Shown in pieces: positions 44,385-54,487 of a stretch of DNA of 64,000 bases. Under the pieces are notes generated by a model that was not told the DNA's origin, searched no databases, and saw only the letters and a list, made by a program, of their open reading frames with translations. Positions within the stretch are counted from its first letter, which is position 1. The number at the start of each line of letters is the position of its first letter. The position numbers and the translations under genes were made by a program. Source of the DNA: an uncultured bacterium (GTDB taxonomy: Bacteria > Cyanobacteriota > Vampirovibrionia > Gastranaerophilales > Gastranaerophilaceae); NCBI GenBank assembly GCA_902462155.1, contig CABQAQ010000008.1:38613-102612 (forward strand). Reading direction: 5' to 3'.

Positions 44385-45845
44385 TTAATTTAATTTGAAT
44401 CTCCAAAAATCAGGATGTAACATCGCTAAAAATGGAATTAATTCTAATCTACCTATTAGCATATTAATTATAAAGATAAATTTGCTAATATTATTTAAAC
44501 TATCAAAATTTCCCATAGGACCAATACTTAAACCAAATCCAGGACCAATGTTGTTTAATGTTGATAAAGTCCCTGATATGCCTATTGTAAGATCCCTCTC
44601 TATTGCTATTACTATTATTGATGAAAGTATTGCTATTAATAAATAAAAAATTACAAAGGCTAATATCTGATTCATTACTTCTTTTGAAACAATTTTATTA
44701 TCTAATTTTATTGGAAAAACTCCATTAGGATGAAGAATCTTTTTTATCTCACTGCTTAAATATTTTAAAATAAGCAATATCCTTACAACTTTTATTCCTC
44801 CAGCTGCTGATCCTGCACAACCTCCTGTAAGAGTTACTATTAATAAAAATATTTTTGCTCCCGGACTATATAATTGAAAGTCAAAAGATGAAAATCCTGT
44901 TGATGTTATTATACTTATTATATTAAAAAATGAATCCCTTATTGCTTTAGACCAGACTATTAAATTATCATAATGAATCGTTATTGCCATTAATAAAGAG
45001 GTTATTATTATTAAAAATGTATAAAATAAAAATTCTTGATTCTTTAAAAATAAACTTGTTTTTTTCTTTAGTATTACATTATATTGTAAAGCAAAGTTAG
45101 CTCCGGATAAAAACATAAAAAATGTAATAATCCAAGTAATAATAGATGAATTATATCCGCCAATACTTTCAGGATTAGGAGATAATCCACCGGCACTTAA
45201 TGTTGATAAAGAATTGCATATAGCATCAAATAATGGCATTTTCGCTAAATATAATAATATTATTTCTATTATTGTTAATATTATATAAAGTCCCCATAAT
45301 GCTGTAGCTGTGTATCTTATCCGTGGGGTAATTTTATCCTCTGTTGGTCCTGGGGCTTCGGCAAAAAACATTTGTCTACCTGCTACTGCAAATTGGGGTA
45401 ATACTGCTATAAATAATACTATTATTCCCATACCTCCTAACCATTGTGTAAAGGATCTATAAAAAAATATTGTTTTAGGATAATCAAAATTAGTTAAAAT
45501 TGTAGCTCCGGTTGTTGTTATTCCTGATACAGCTTCAAACGTTGCATTTATAAAGTTAAAACCATAAAAATAATATGGAATTGAGGCTAATAATCCAAAT
45601 ACTATCCAACTTAAAGCCACTATTGCTAATGCTTCTGCTTTTTTTAAATCATTTAGCATCTCTTGTTTTTCATTATTCTTTTGTAATATAAAACCAATTA
45701 ATATAGAGATTACTGCTGTTGTTATAAAGGGTAAAATAGAGTTATATTCTTTATAATATATAGCAATTAATATAGGTAATATTATTACCATTCCTATATA
45801 TTTACATATTAATCCAAGAGCATTTGCTATATATTTAAGTCTCAT
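44385..45845 (-). CDS. trkH: Trk/Ktr-type potassium uptake membrane subunit
   Basis: 486-aa polytopic protein with repeated selectivity-filter-like segments (SGITTTGA, LSAGGLS, ITSTGFS, NIGPGFG). Confidence 0.85.
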   Translation of the reverse strand: MRLKYIANALGLICKYIGMVIILPILIAIYYKEYNSILPFITTAVISILIGFILQKNNEKQEMLNDLKKAEALAIVALSWIVFGLLASIPYYFYGFNFINATFEAVSGITTTGATILTNFDYPKTIFFYRSFTQWLGGMGIIVLFIAVLPQFAVAGRQMFFAEAPGPTEDKITPRIRYTATALWGLYIILTIIEIILLYLAKMPLFDAICNSLSTLSAGGLSPNPESIGGYNSSIITWIITFFMFLSGANFALQYNVILKKKTSLFLKNQEFLFYTFLIIITSLLMAITIHYDNLIVWSKAIRDSFFNIISIITSTGFSSFDFQLYSPGAKIFLLIVTLTGGCAGSAAGGIKVVRILLILKYLSSEIKKILHPNGVFPIKLDNKIVSKEVMNQILAFVIFYLLIAILSSIIVIAIERDLTIGISGTLSTLNNIGPGFGLSIGPMGNFDSLNNISKFIFIINMLIGRLELIPFLAMLHPDFWRFKLN

Positions 45846-47185
45846 ATTTTTGTTTTAAAAAACTCCTTTACATTATCAGAATTATCTTCTGTTGTGAATA
45901 CGATAAGTTTATCTAAAGATCGTACTAATGTATCACCTTTGGGGATTATTACTCGACTACCTCTCTGTATTATAGCAATCAAAGAATGCTTTGGTAATTT
46001 AAGATCCATAATTTTTATATCTTTAAAGTTTTTATTCAAAGTGAATTTTAAAATAGCTCCAAGCCCTTGTTCTACAGTTGTTAGTATTCCAACGCCATTT
46101 TCTATTACTGTATGAATAATCTCATTTATAGCACTTCCTCTTGGAGATACAGCTACATCTATTCCCACTTTTTCAAATAAACATACATTTGTTGCTTTTG
46201 ATACTCTTGTTATTACTTTTTCAACTCCAAGTTGTTTTGCTAACAAAGAACATAACAGATTCTTTTCATCATTATTTGTAACACTTATGAGAACCTCTGA
46301 TGAGCCTATATCTTCTTGTTTCAACAGTTCAATATTTGATCCGTCGCCATATAATATAAGAGTATTTTTTAATAGCTCACTTAATATTTCGCATTGTTTA
46401 TAATCCTGTTCTATAAGCTTTGTTTTTATTCCTATATTCTCAAATTTTTTAGCTAACATTGATCCTACACTGCCTCCACCTATTATAGAGGCATTTTTTA
46501 TTGTTTTTATATGCTTAAAAAACAAAGAGGCTAATATATCTAATGATCCTACACTTCCCATAAAGATTATTTTATCATTTAATTCTAATATTGTTTCTCC
46601 ATCAGGTATGAATAAATGATTATCCCTTGTTATTCCAACGATAAGTGTTTCATTTGGAAAATTACAATCTTTTATTTTTTTATTTATAATTTTTGAATTT
46701 TCTTTTATTCTATATTCTGTTAATCTTGCTTTTTCATCGGCAAAATTTTCTACTCGTATAGCTTGTGGTATTGTTATTATTCGGAAAATTTCTTCTGTTA
46801 AAATTTCTTCGGGCCATATTATCTTATCTATTAGAAGACCTTCTTGATACTCACTACTTTTTATTAATGATAATGATTCAAGGGTTTCTTCTTTTGATAT
46901 AAAGCATACTGTTTTAGCATCAGATATTTTTTTTACTGTAAGACAAGCAAAAATATTTCCCTCATCTATATTTGTACAAGCAATAAATACATCTGCTTCT
47001 TTTATTTGTGCTTGTTGAAGAACCTCTAAATTTGATCCGTTACCATAAATGAAACTTATATCTAATTTTTTGAAATCATCAAGTCTATTTTCTTCTTTAT
47101 CTATTACTATTATATCGTGATCTTCAAAAAGTGCCGTAGCTAATAAACAACCAACTTCATTTGCACCAAATATAACTATTTTCAA
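45842..47185 (-). CDS. trkA: Trk system NAD-binding regulatory subunit (two RCK domains)
   Basis: 447 aa with two Rossmann starts (KIVIFGANEVG and ASIIGGGSVG). Overlaps trkH by 4 nt. Confidence 0.85.
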   Translation of the reverse strand: MKIVIFGANEVGCLLATALFEDHDIIVIDKEENRLDDFKKLDISFIYGNGSNLEVLQQAQIKEADVFIACTNIDEGNIFACLTVKKISDAKTVCFISKEETLESLSLIKSSEYQEGLLIDKIIWPEEILTEEIFRIITIPQAIRVENFADEKARLTEYRIKENSKIINKKIKDCNFPNETLIVGITRDNHLFIPDGETILELNDKIIFMGSVGSLDILASLFFKHIKTIKNASIIGGGSVGSMLAKKFENIGIKTKLIEQDYKQCEILSELLKNTLILYGDGSNIELLKQEDIGSSEVLISVTNNDEKNLLCSLLAKQLGVEKVITRVSKATNVCLFEKVGIDVAVSPRGSAINEIIHTVIENGVGILTTVEQGLGAILKFTLNKNFKDIKIMDLKLPKHSLIAIIQRGSRVIIPKGDTLVRSLDKLIVFTTEDNSDNVKEFFKTKI

Positions 47186-47269
47186 TATTTAAAATCTCCT
47201 GAAATTATTTAAAGGTTTTATTTAAAATTTAATTATTTATCACTTAAAAAAGTTTTATTGTCAAATTAA

Positions 47270-48475
47270 TTATAAAATAAATTCATTAGCAATATTAAGA
47301 ATATTATTAAGATTATTTGTATTATGTATTCTTATTAAATTTGCTCCATTATTAAATGCAATAGTATTAAAAATAGAAGTATAGAAATCTAAAGTATCAT
47401 TATTAAGAGAGTCTTGATGCTTTAATGATTGTTGTACAAGTTTTTTTCTTGAAAGGGCAATAAGAATTGGATAATTTAAAGATCTAAATTCAGAAATATT
47501 TTTGATAATTTCAATATTTTGTTTATATGTTTTTCCAAAGCCGATACCGGGATCAATAATAATTTTAGATTTATCCATTCCATTATTTATAAGCAATTGA
47601 GATTTATTATAAAGATATAAATATATATCATCAATAAGGTTATTATAATCTGTTTTATTTTGCATATCTAAAGGAATAGACGAAGAGTGCATCAAAATAA
47701 TAGGCACTTTGTATTCTAAAATTATATTAAACATATTTGTATCAAAATCAAAAGAGCTAACATCATTAATAATATCAACACCTAGATCAAGAGCCCATTT
47801 AGCGGTATTACTATGTCGAGTATCTAAAGAAAAAATTAGATCATTTTTAAAAGTTTTAATAATTTTAGATAAAAAAGGTTCAAGTCTATTAATTTCATCT
47901 TTTGAATTAACTTCTAAAGCACCTGGTCTGGTTGATTCTGCACCAATATCTAGAATTGATATACCATTAATAATCATATTTTCTATATGATGATAAATTG
48001 TATTTAAGTCTTTATAAGAGCCGCCATCTGAAAATGAATCAGGTGTTAGATTAAGTATTCCCATAGCATATTTATTTGTTGTCCAATTAAAAACTTTATG
48101 CCGTATTTGTAAAGATGAAATATTTTCTTGTATATTTTCTAAAATTTTAAAAGATAAATTTTTTAGTCTAAAAGGCTGTGATTTAAGTTTTTGTGCGATC
48201 TTAAAGTAATTTTTCTTATCAGTTGTAATTATAGCATTTGAATATTCAATATTATTCATAAGGACATTTCTATGAACAGCACAATCAGTATTTAAAGATA
48301 AACAAGTCTGTTTTAATATAGTAGCTTCATAAGGTTTAAGGTTAAATATTTTTATGCACTTTGTTGTATATTTATTGAACGCATTGTCTATATAAGAACT
48401 ATCAAATCCTATTAATTGAAGTTCTTTTTTCATATCCTTAGAGGCATTTAAATTTTTAACTATTATTTCTTTCAT
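47270..48475 (-). CDS. folP: dihydropteroate synthase with an about 130-aa N-terminal extension
   Basis: 401 aa. The DHPS core begins at MGILNLTPDSFSDGG and includes DIGAESTRPG. The N-terminal extension has no assignable function. Confidence 0.85.
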   Translation of the reverse strand: MKEIIVKNLNASKDMKKELQLIGFDSSYIDNAFNKYTTKCIKIFNLKPYEATILKQTCLSLNTDCAVHRNVLMNNIEYSNAIITTDKKNYFKIAQKLKSQPFRLKNLSFKILENIQENISSLQIRHKVFNWTTNKYAMGILNLTPDSFSDGGSYKDLNTIYHHIENMIINGISILDIGAESTRPGALEVNSKDEINRLEPFLSKIIKTFKNDLIFSLDTRHSNTAKWALDLGVDIINDVSSFDFDTNMFNIILEYKVPIILMHSSSIPLDMQNKTDYNNLIDDIYLYLYNKSQLLINNGMDKSKIIIDPGIGFGKTYKQNIEIIKNISEFRSLNYPILIALSRKKLVQQSLKHQDSLNNDTLDFYTSIFNTIAFNNGANLIRIHNTNNLNNILNIANEFIL

Positions 48476-48679
48476 AGTTTAATTATTTTATAATAAAATA
48501 ACTATTTTTAAAAGGATGAAGTAATCATTAATATTAACCTAAATAGATAGTATTTTTTATGAGATATTGATATAAAATTTAATTTATTATAAAAAAATAT
48601 AAATTTTGATTATTATTTTATTTTTATGTAATAATCATATAAAGAATGATAAAATTAGAATTGGGGACTTTATAGGATT

Positions 48680-51493
48680 ATGTTGAATTTTATTACGAAA
48701 ATTATAGGAAATCCAAATGAACGCAAGGTAAATAAGATAATGCCAATAGTTGAGCATATAAATATGCTAGAACAAGAATATGAAGCATTGAGTGATGAGC
48801 AACTAAGAGCAAAAACCGAAGAATTCCGAGAAATATTAAAAAATAGAGAGAAATCAGAGGATCCCAAAGAAGATAGAAAATTAGAAAAGAAAGCATTAGA
48901 TAACATTTTACCGGAAGCATTTGCTACAGTAAGAGAAGCCGGTAAAAGAGTCTTAAACATGAGACATTTTGATGTACAGCTGATCGGAGCAATTTTTTTG
49001 CACGAAGGACATATATCAGAAATGCGTACAGGTGAGGGTAAAACTTTAGTTGCAACATTAGCAGCATATTTAAATGCACTAACTGGAAAGGGTGTACATG
49101 TTATTACTGTAAATGATTATTTGGCTAAGCGTGATAGCGAATGGATGGGAAAAATTTATAAATTTTTAGGTCTGACAGTAGGTGTTGTTTTAGCTTCTGA
49201 TCGATCCAACGGACTTGATGATATTGAATTAAAAAAAGCAGCATATGCTTGTGATATTACCTATGGAACAAATAATGAGTTTGGATTTGATTATTTAAGA
49301 GATAACATGGCAGGTAGTATAGATCAATGTGTTCAAAGACCATATAATTATGCGATTATTGATGAAGTGGATTCAATATTAATAGATGAAGCAAGAACAC
49401 CTTTGATTATAAGCGGACGTTTAGAAAAATCAGCGGATTTATATAAAACAATGGCAAGAATTGCACCTCAATTAAAGAAAGATGTTGATTTTGAAATAGA
49501 TGAAAAAAATAGAAATGTAATATTAACTGAAAAAGGTATAGAACACGCAGAAAAATTATTAAATATAGATGATCTGTTTGATATAAATACACAAAATGCA
49601 CATCATTTATTACAGGCATTAAAAGCGAATGAAATATTTAAGAAAGATATTGATTATGTTGTAAAAGATGGTGAGATAATGATAGTCGATGAGTTTACCG
49701 GTCGGTTGATGGAAGGTAGAAGATGGAGTGATGGACTTCATCAGGCAGTTGAAGCTAAAGAGAATGTAAATATTCAAGATGAAACTCAAACTTTAGCTAG
49801 TATAACGTTCCAGAACTTATTTAGATTATATCCGAAATTAGCAGGTATGACAGGTACAGCTATGACCGAAGAAGCTGAATTCGGTAAAATATATAATTTA
49901 AATGTTACAACAATACCAACAAATAAAGATGATATTAGGATTGATATGCCTGATGTTATATATAAAACTGAAAAACAAAAATATTTAAGTGTAGTGAATG
50001 AAATTATAGAAATGCAAAAAAAAGGTCGACCTGTTTTAGTAGGTACAATCAGTATAGATAAATCAGAATACATTTCTTCTTTATTAAAGAAAAGAGGTAT
50101 TAAACATAATGTATTAAATGCGAAACATCACGAAAAAGAAGCATATATAATAGCTCAAGCAGGAAGAGTCGGAGCTGTAACTATAGCTACAAATATGGCA
50201 GGTCGTGGAACTGATATTTTGTTAGGAGGTAATCCTGAATATTTAGCTAAAGAACAGTTAGAAGCTTTAAATATAACTCCAGATAATCCGGATTATACAA
50301 GAATAAAAGATGAAATATTAGCTAAAGCAGAAGAATTGACAAAAATAGAACATAAAAAAGTAATAGAAGCAGGTGGATTGCATGTTATAGGAACAGAACG
50401 ACACGAATCAAGACGTATTGATAATCAGTTACGAGGTCGTGCTGCCAGACAAGGTGATCCAGGATCTACACGATTTTTCTTATCTTTAGAAGATAATCTT
50501 ATGAGAATTTTTGGTGGAAATCATGTAATTGCATTGATGAATACATTGAATGTAGAAGAAGATATGGCTATTGAATCAAGTTTAATTACCAGACAAATTG
50601 AGGCTTCTCAAAGGAAAGTTGAAACACATCATTTTGATATAAGAAAACAAGTACTTGAATATGATGATGTTATGAATATTCAACGTGAAAAGTTTTATAA
50701 ACAAAGAAGGCGTGTATTAAAAGGTGATAAACTTCAAGATGATGTTAAGTATATGATTGAACGAGAAATTGAGAGATTAATTTTAAGATATATATCTCCC
50801 AATATGCAGAATTTTGAATATATTGATGAAGACTTATCTTATATGGTAAGGGAATTATACAATTTAATACCGGCATTAGAACAGAATATATATATTGATG
50901 ATTTGAAAGTGCTTGATTATCAAGAAATATATGAAAAATTTGTATCAATAGCTTTAAATGCTTATAAAATTCAAGAGGAGCAGACTATTGCTTTTTATAA
51001 TGATATAGTCAGTCAATATCAAGATAGTAATGAGGTTACAGAAAAACAAGAGGTTAATAGTCAAGATAATGTTATGAGGAATATAGAAAAAGATATTCTA
51101 TTAAGAGTTGTTGATGCAAAATGGATAGATCATCTTCATAATATTGATATGCTAAGAGAAGGTATTGGATTAAGAGCTTATGGACAAAAAGATCCACTTA
51201 TTGAGTATAAAAAAGAGGCTTATGATTTATTTAATAACATGATGGCTGATATACAAAGCGAAACTGTTAAGCATTTATTTAGGACTAAATTTGGTATCCA
51301 GATAGTAGATAAAGCTAACAATGAGGTAATTGAAACAGGATTGACTAAGGCGGCTGAAAATTTCAAATCACCAAGCGAAGAAGATGATAATAAAACTATT
51401 GTCAAGCAAGAAAAAATAGGACGTAATGATGATTGTCCTTGTGGTAGTGGTAAAAAATATAAAAAATGTTGTGGTAAAGATAATAATGATTAA
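48680..51493 (+). CDS. secA: preprotein translocase ATPase SecA
   Basis: 937 aa. MRTGEGKT Walker A motif, DEVDSILIDEARTPLIISG, and a C-terminal zinc-binding CPCGSGKKYKKCCG. Confidence 0.97.
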   Translation: MLNFITKIIGNPNERKVNKIMPIVEHINMLEQEYEALSDEQLRAKTEEFREILKNREKSEDPKEDRKLEKKALDNILPEAFATVREAGKRVLNMRHFDVQLIGAIFLHEGHISEMRTGEGKTLVATLAAYLNALTGKGVHVITVNDYLAKRDSEWMGKIYKFLGLTVGVVLASDRSNGLDDIELKKAAYACDITYGTNNEFGFDYLRDNMAGSIDQCVQRPYNYAIIDEVDSILIDEARTPLIISGRLEKSADLYKTMARIAPQLKKDVDFEIDEKNRNVILTEKGIEHAEKLLNIDDLFDINTQNAHHLLQALKANEIFKKDIDYVVKDGEIMIVDEFTGRLMEGRRWSDGLHQAVEAKENVNIQDETQTLASITFQNLFRLYPKLAGMTGTAMTEEAEFGKIYNLNVTTIPTNKDDIRIDMPDVIYKTEKQKYLSVVNEIIEMQKKGRPVLVGTISIDKSEYISSLLKKRGIKHNVLNAKHHEKEAYIIAQAGRVGAVTIATNMAGRGTDILLGGNPEYLAKEQLEALNITPDNPDYTRIKDEILAKAEELTKIEHKKVIEAGGLHVIGTERHESRRIDNQLRGRAARQGDPGSTRFFLSLEDNLMRIFGGNHVIALMNTLNVEEDMAIESSLITRQIEASQRKVETHHFDIRKQVLEYDDVMNIQREKFYKQRRRVLKGDKLQDDVKYMIEREIERLILRYISPNMQNFEYIDEDLSYMVRELYNLIPALEQNIYIDDLKVLDYQEIYEKFVSIALNAYKIQEEQTIAFYNDIVSQYQDSNEVTEKQEVNSQDNVMRNIEKDILLRVVDAKWIDHLHNIDMLREGIGLRAYGQKDPLIEYKKEAYDLFNNMMADIQSETVKHLFRTKFGIQIVDKANNEVIETGLTKAAENFKSPSEEDDNKTIVKQEKIGRNDDCPCGSGKKYKKCCGKDNND

Positions 51494-51535
51494 ACAATAA
51501 AATTATTATATACATATAAGAAGGAGGATAGAAAA

Positions 51536-51871
51536 ATGATGAATATGGCAAATATGATGAAACAATTTAATACAATGCAAAAGAAATTAACTACAGCACA
51601 AGAGGAATTAAAATCTACTGAAGTAGAGGCAACATCAGGTAATGGAGCTGTAAAAGTTATATTTGATGGACAATCAAAATTCAAGTCTATAAAATTATCA
51701 AAAGAAGCTATAAATCCTGATAATCCTGAATCTGTAGATAATGAAACAGTGGAAATGTTAGAAGATTTAATTACGCAAGCATTAATGGATTGTACTAAAA
51801 AATCTACACAAGTGTTAGAAAATAAAATGAAAAGCATTACAGGTGGGATAAGTATTCCAGGATTATTCTAA
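51536..51871 (+). CDS. ybaB: nucleoid-associated protein YbaB/EbfC
   Basis: 111 aa, MMKQFNTMQKKL...ATSGNGAVKV. Strong ribosome-binding site AAGGAGGA. Confidence 0.85.
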   Translation: MMNMANMMKQFNTMQKKLTTAQEELKSTEVEATSGNGAVKVIFDGQSKFKSIKLSKEAINPDNPESVDNETVEMLEDLITQALMDCTKKSTQVLENKMKSITGGISIPGLF

Positions 51872-52470
51872 TGCAATACACTCCAAATTTAGCAAAACTT
51901 ATTGATTTTTTTCAAAGATTTCCGGGTATAGGGCCAAAATCTGCTCAAAGAATGGCCCTATACCTTTTAAAAATGCCAACTCAGGAAGTTAATAAATTTG
52001 CTCAGATTATGGTTGAAGCTAAAGAAACAATTAAATATTGCAGTATTTGTTTTAATATGTCATCTTCTGATCCTTGTGAAATTTGTCAAAATCAAAATAG
52101 AGATTCTTCTATAATATGTGTCGTTGCAGAAACAAAAGATTTATTAGCTATAGAAAAAACAAATGAATATAAAGGAGTATACCATGTTCTTCAAGGTGTT
52201 ATCTCTCCTATGGAAGGTATCGGAGTTGATGATATAAGGATTAAAGAGTTATTAAATAGAGTTGCTACCGGCAATATAAAAGAGGTGATTTTAGCTTTAA
52301 GTCCAAATGTAGAGGGTGAAGCAACTTCTTTATATCTTAAAAAATTACTTAATCCGTTTTCAGTGAAATTAACTAGGATAGCTTCAGGATTACCTATTGG
52401 TACAGACCTTGAATATGCTGATGATATGACTCTTATAAGAGCATTAGAAGCCAGATCTGAAATTTTATAA
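51871..52470 (+). CDS. recR: recombination protein RecR
   Basis: 199 aa. FQRFPGIGPKSAQR helix-hairpin-helix motif, C4 zinc finger CSICFNMSSSDPCEIC, and a Toprim domain. Confidence 0.92.
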   Translation: MQYTPNLAKLIDFFQRFPGIGPKSAQRMALYLLKMPTQEVNKFAQIMVEAKETIKYCSICFNMSSSDPCEICQNQNRDSSIICVVAETKDLLAIEKTNEYKGVYHVLQGVISPMEGIGVDDIRIKELLNRVATGNIKEVILALSPNVEGEATSLYLKKLLNPFSVKLTRIASGLPIGTDLEYADDMTLIRALEARSEIL

Positions 52471-52534
52471 ATAAATTCTCTTTTAGTTTTTAATTTTTTA
52501 TATTACATTCTGATCAATAAGATTTAGTTTATTT

Positions 52535-53092
52535 TTATTGAGAATACTTTGATACAGATTCAAAATACTTTTCGATAGCTAAGAAACCATTATAAAGTTC
52601 ATTAGATGTTTTTGTATATTTATTTGCATTTAAAAATTTAAGTTCTTTAGATCTTATACTTATAATTTCATCAGCATCTTTTCTTAAGTTTTCGTCCATA
52701 GAGATAGACCATTTTTTTAATAAAGAAAGTTCTTCATTAATTTGTTTTATGGTAGATGATTCTAATTCATTAAAGTCATATTTAGCTAACAATGCTTTTT
52801 CTGATATAGAGATACGACCATTAATCGCAGAGAATCCATATATTTTTTTTATGACCATATAATTATCAGCTACCCTTTTGTGAGAAACAGGAACTTCTGT
52901 TCTTGCGAGCATACTTGATGTTGATAATTGATTAATTCTATCCATATTTATCATACTGTCGTTTAAGCCTAAAGTGTACATGTCTTTTGTTTCTATATTA
53001 TTCTGATTATTATTATTTTTAGTTATCATAATTATATCTACTTTTATCTGATTTAGATTTATAATAAAATAAATCAGATACATTGTCAGCAA
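52535..53092 (-). CDS. hypothetical protein
   Basis: 185-aa ORF from a TTG. The in-frame ATGs at 53083 and 53029 are alternative starts. No motif recognised. Confidence 0.45.
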   Translation of the reverse strand: MLTMYLIYFIINLNQIKVDIIMITKNNNNQNNIETKDMYTLGLNDSMINMDRINQLSTSSMLARTEVPVSHKRVADNYMVIKKIYGFSAINGRISISEKALLAKYDFNELESSTIKQINEELSLLKKWSISMDENLRKDADEIISIRSKELKFLNANKYTKTSNELYNGFLAIEKYFESVSKYSQ

Positions 53093-53128
53093 AAATTGTT
53101 ATAGGATTAATATTTTTTTACAAGATTT

Positions 53129-53977
53129 TTAATTTAAAGTTAAGGACATTTTATATATTTTATTTTTATTTAAATTATACAGGCTACTTAAAATTACACT
53201 GATATCTTTATTAGAGAAATTTTGAGCTTTTAATTTTAATATATGGTTCTTTATAAGGATATCATCTTCTTGATTATCTGAAGATTCAGTATTATCTTTA
53301 TGAACAAGTATTACAAATTCACCTTTTATTTTTTTATCATTAAAATATTTTATCATATCAATTACATTTAAAGTTAAAATTTCTTCATGGATTTTTGTTA
53401 ACTCTCTACCTATAGAAACTAAAGTGTTATTAGATCTGGATTTTGCAATATTTTCTAAGGTATTTAAAACTCTATTTGGTGATTCATAAAATAATAAATC
53501 TATAGAACAGTATTGTTTAAACAGATCTGTTTGTTTATTATCTTGTCTGGGAAGGAATCCTAAAAATACAAAATTTTCGTCTTCTTTTTGTACAGCGGAT
53601 AAAAAAGTAACAAACGCACAAGGTCCTGGTATCGGAATAATTTTAATTTCTTCTTGTAAAAGATGATTGATTAATATTCTACCCGGATCGCAAATACAAG
53701 GTGTTCCTGCATCAGAAATAAGGGCTATATTTTTACCATTATTTAGTAGATCTAAAAAATATGATACACGACTTTTTTCATTAAATTTATGATAACTTAT
53801 AAGTTTAGTATTTGTTGAAAAAGAAGTTATATTAAGTTTATTTAGCAAAATCTGAGATGTTCGTGTATCCTCAGAAGCTATAAAATCTACTGATTTTAAT
53901 GTTTCAATAGCTCTTAAAGCAATATCTTTAAGATTCCCTATTGGAGTGCTTACTATATATAAAACACCTTTTTCCAT
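53129..53977 (-). CDS. rsmI: 16S rRNA C1402 2'-O-methyltransferase RsmI
   Basis: 282 aa. LYIVSTPIGNLKDI start of the tetrapyrrole-methylase fold, and SDAGTPCICDPG. Confidence 0.85.
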   Translation of the reverse strand: MEKGVLYIVSTPIGNLKDIALRAIETLKSVDFIASEDTRTSQILLNKLNITSFSTNTKLISYHKFNEKSRVSYFLDLLNNGKNIALISDAGTPCICDPGRILINHLLQEEIKIIPIPGPCAFVTFLSAVQKEDENFVFLGFLPRQDNKQTDLFKQYCSIDLLFYESPNRVLNTLENIAKSRSNNTLVSIGRELTKIHEEILTLNVIDMIKYFNDKKIKGEFVILVHKDNTESSDNQEDDILIKNHILKLKAQNFSNKDISVILSSLYNLNKNKIYKMSLTLN

Positions 53978-53979
53978 AC

Positions 53980-54267
53980 TTAATATTTGACTCGTTTTTC
54001 TATTTTATGAGGAAACTGTTGATCTAATGTTTTATATATACCAATTTTATTTAAAAAAGTACATATATTTGTTTTTACATTTTTAAGTTGAATATTTTTA
54101 TTATTTAATTTAGCTACTTTATTCATATTTAATAAATTTTGAATATCATTTATGGAAACATTATCGACTTTTGAAAAATCTAAAAAAATATTTTTTTCTT
54201 TACCATAAAATAATTTACTAATGGTATTTTGATTATTAAATAAATCTTCAGCAAAAACAGTTTTCAC
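53980..54267 (-). CDS. STAS-domain-like small protein
   Basis: 95 aa with a GTG start. The pattern LDFSKVDNVSINDIQNLL...NIQLKNV...FLNKIGIYKTL resembles anti-sigma-antagonist/STAS domains. The call is weak. Confidence 0.4.
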   Translation of the reverse strand: MKTVFAEDLFNNQNTISKLFYGKEKNIFLDFSKVDNVSINDIQNLLNMNKVAKLNNKNIQLKNVKTNICTFLNKIGIYKTLDQQFPHKIEKRVKY

Positions 54268-54350
54268 GTTTATATAAACTCCTGATAATAAAAATTAAAT
54301 TATTAACTTTTATTAAGATATATTATAAAGAGGGAAAAAAGATCGTTTAT

Positions 54351-54387
54351 AAAGATTATATTTTTGTCAAAATAAAATATAATCTTT
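54351..54387. promoter_or_regulatory. 14-bp perfect inverted repeat in a divergent intergenic region
   Basis: aaagattatatttt (54351-54364), then tgtcaaaat, then aaaatataatcttt (54374-54387). Candidate operator or hairpin. Confidence 0.35.
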
Positions 54388-54430
54388 TGTAAAATATGGA
54401 AATAGTCAATAGAGTATCGTTATCGATTCA

Positions 54431-54459
54431 TTGTAAAAAGTGAAAAAATTTTGTATACT
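54431..54459 (+). promoter_or_regulatory. sigma70-like promoter for fixCX
   Basis: TTGTAA (54431-54436), 17-nt spacer, TATACT (54454-54459), 29 nt upstream of the ATG, with AAAGGAAG in between. Confidence 0.5.
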
Positions 54460-54487
54460 TTTAGAGATAAAGGAAGTAAAATAACGA

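Noticed and set aside
48670-48960. Minus-strand ORFs of 96 and 72 aa over the 5' end of secA, plus other antisense ORFs within secA (49407-49619, 49786-50073, 50745-50948, 51220-51405).
   Set aside because: All lie inside the unambiguous secA frame. Their Ser/Leu/Phe-rich composition is typical of antisense frames of AT-rich genes.
51490-51837. 115-aa minus-strand ORF opposite ybaB.
   Set aside because: ybaB on the plus strand has a strong ribosome-binding site and a canonical sequence. The antisense ORF has neither.
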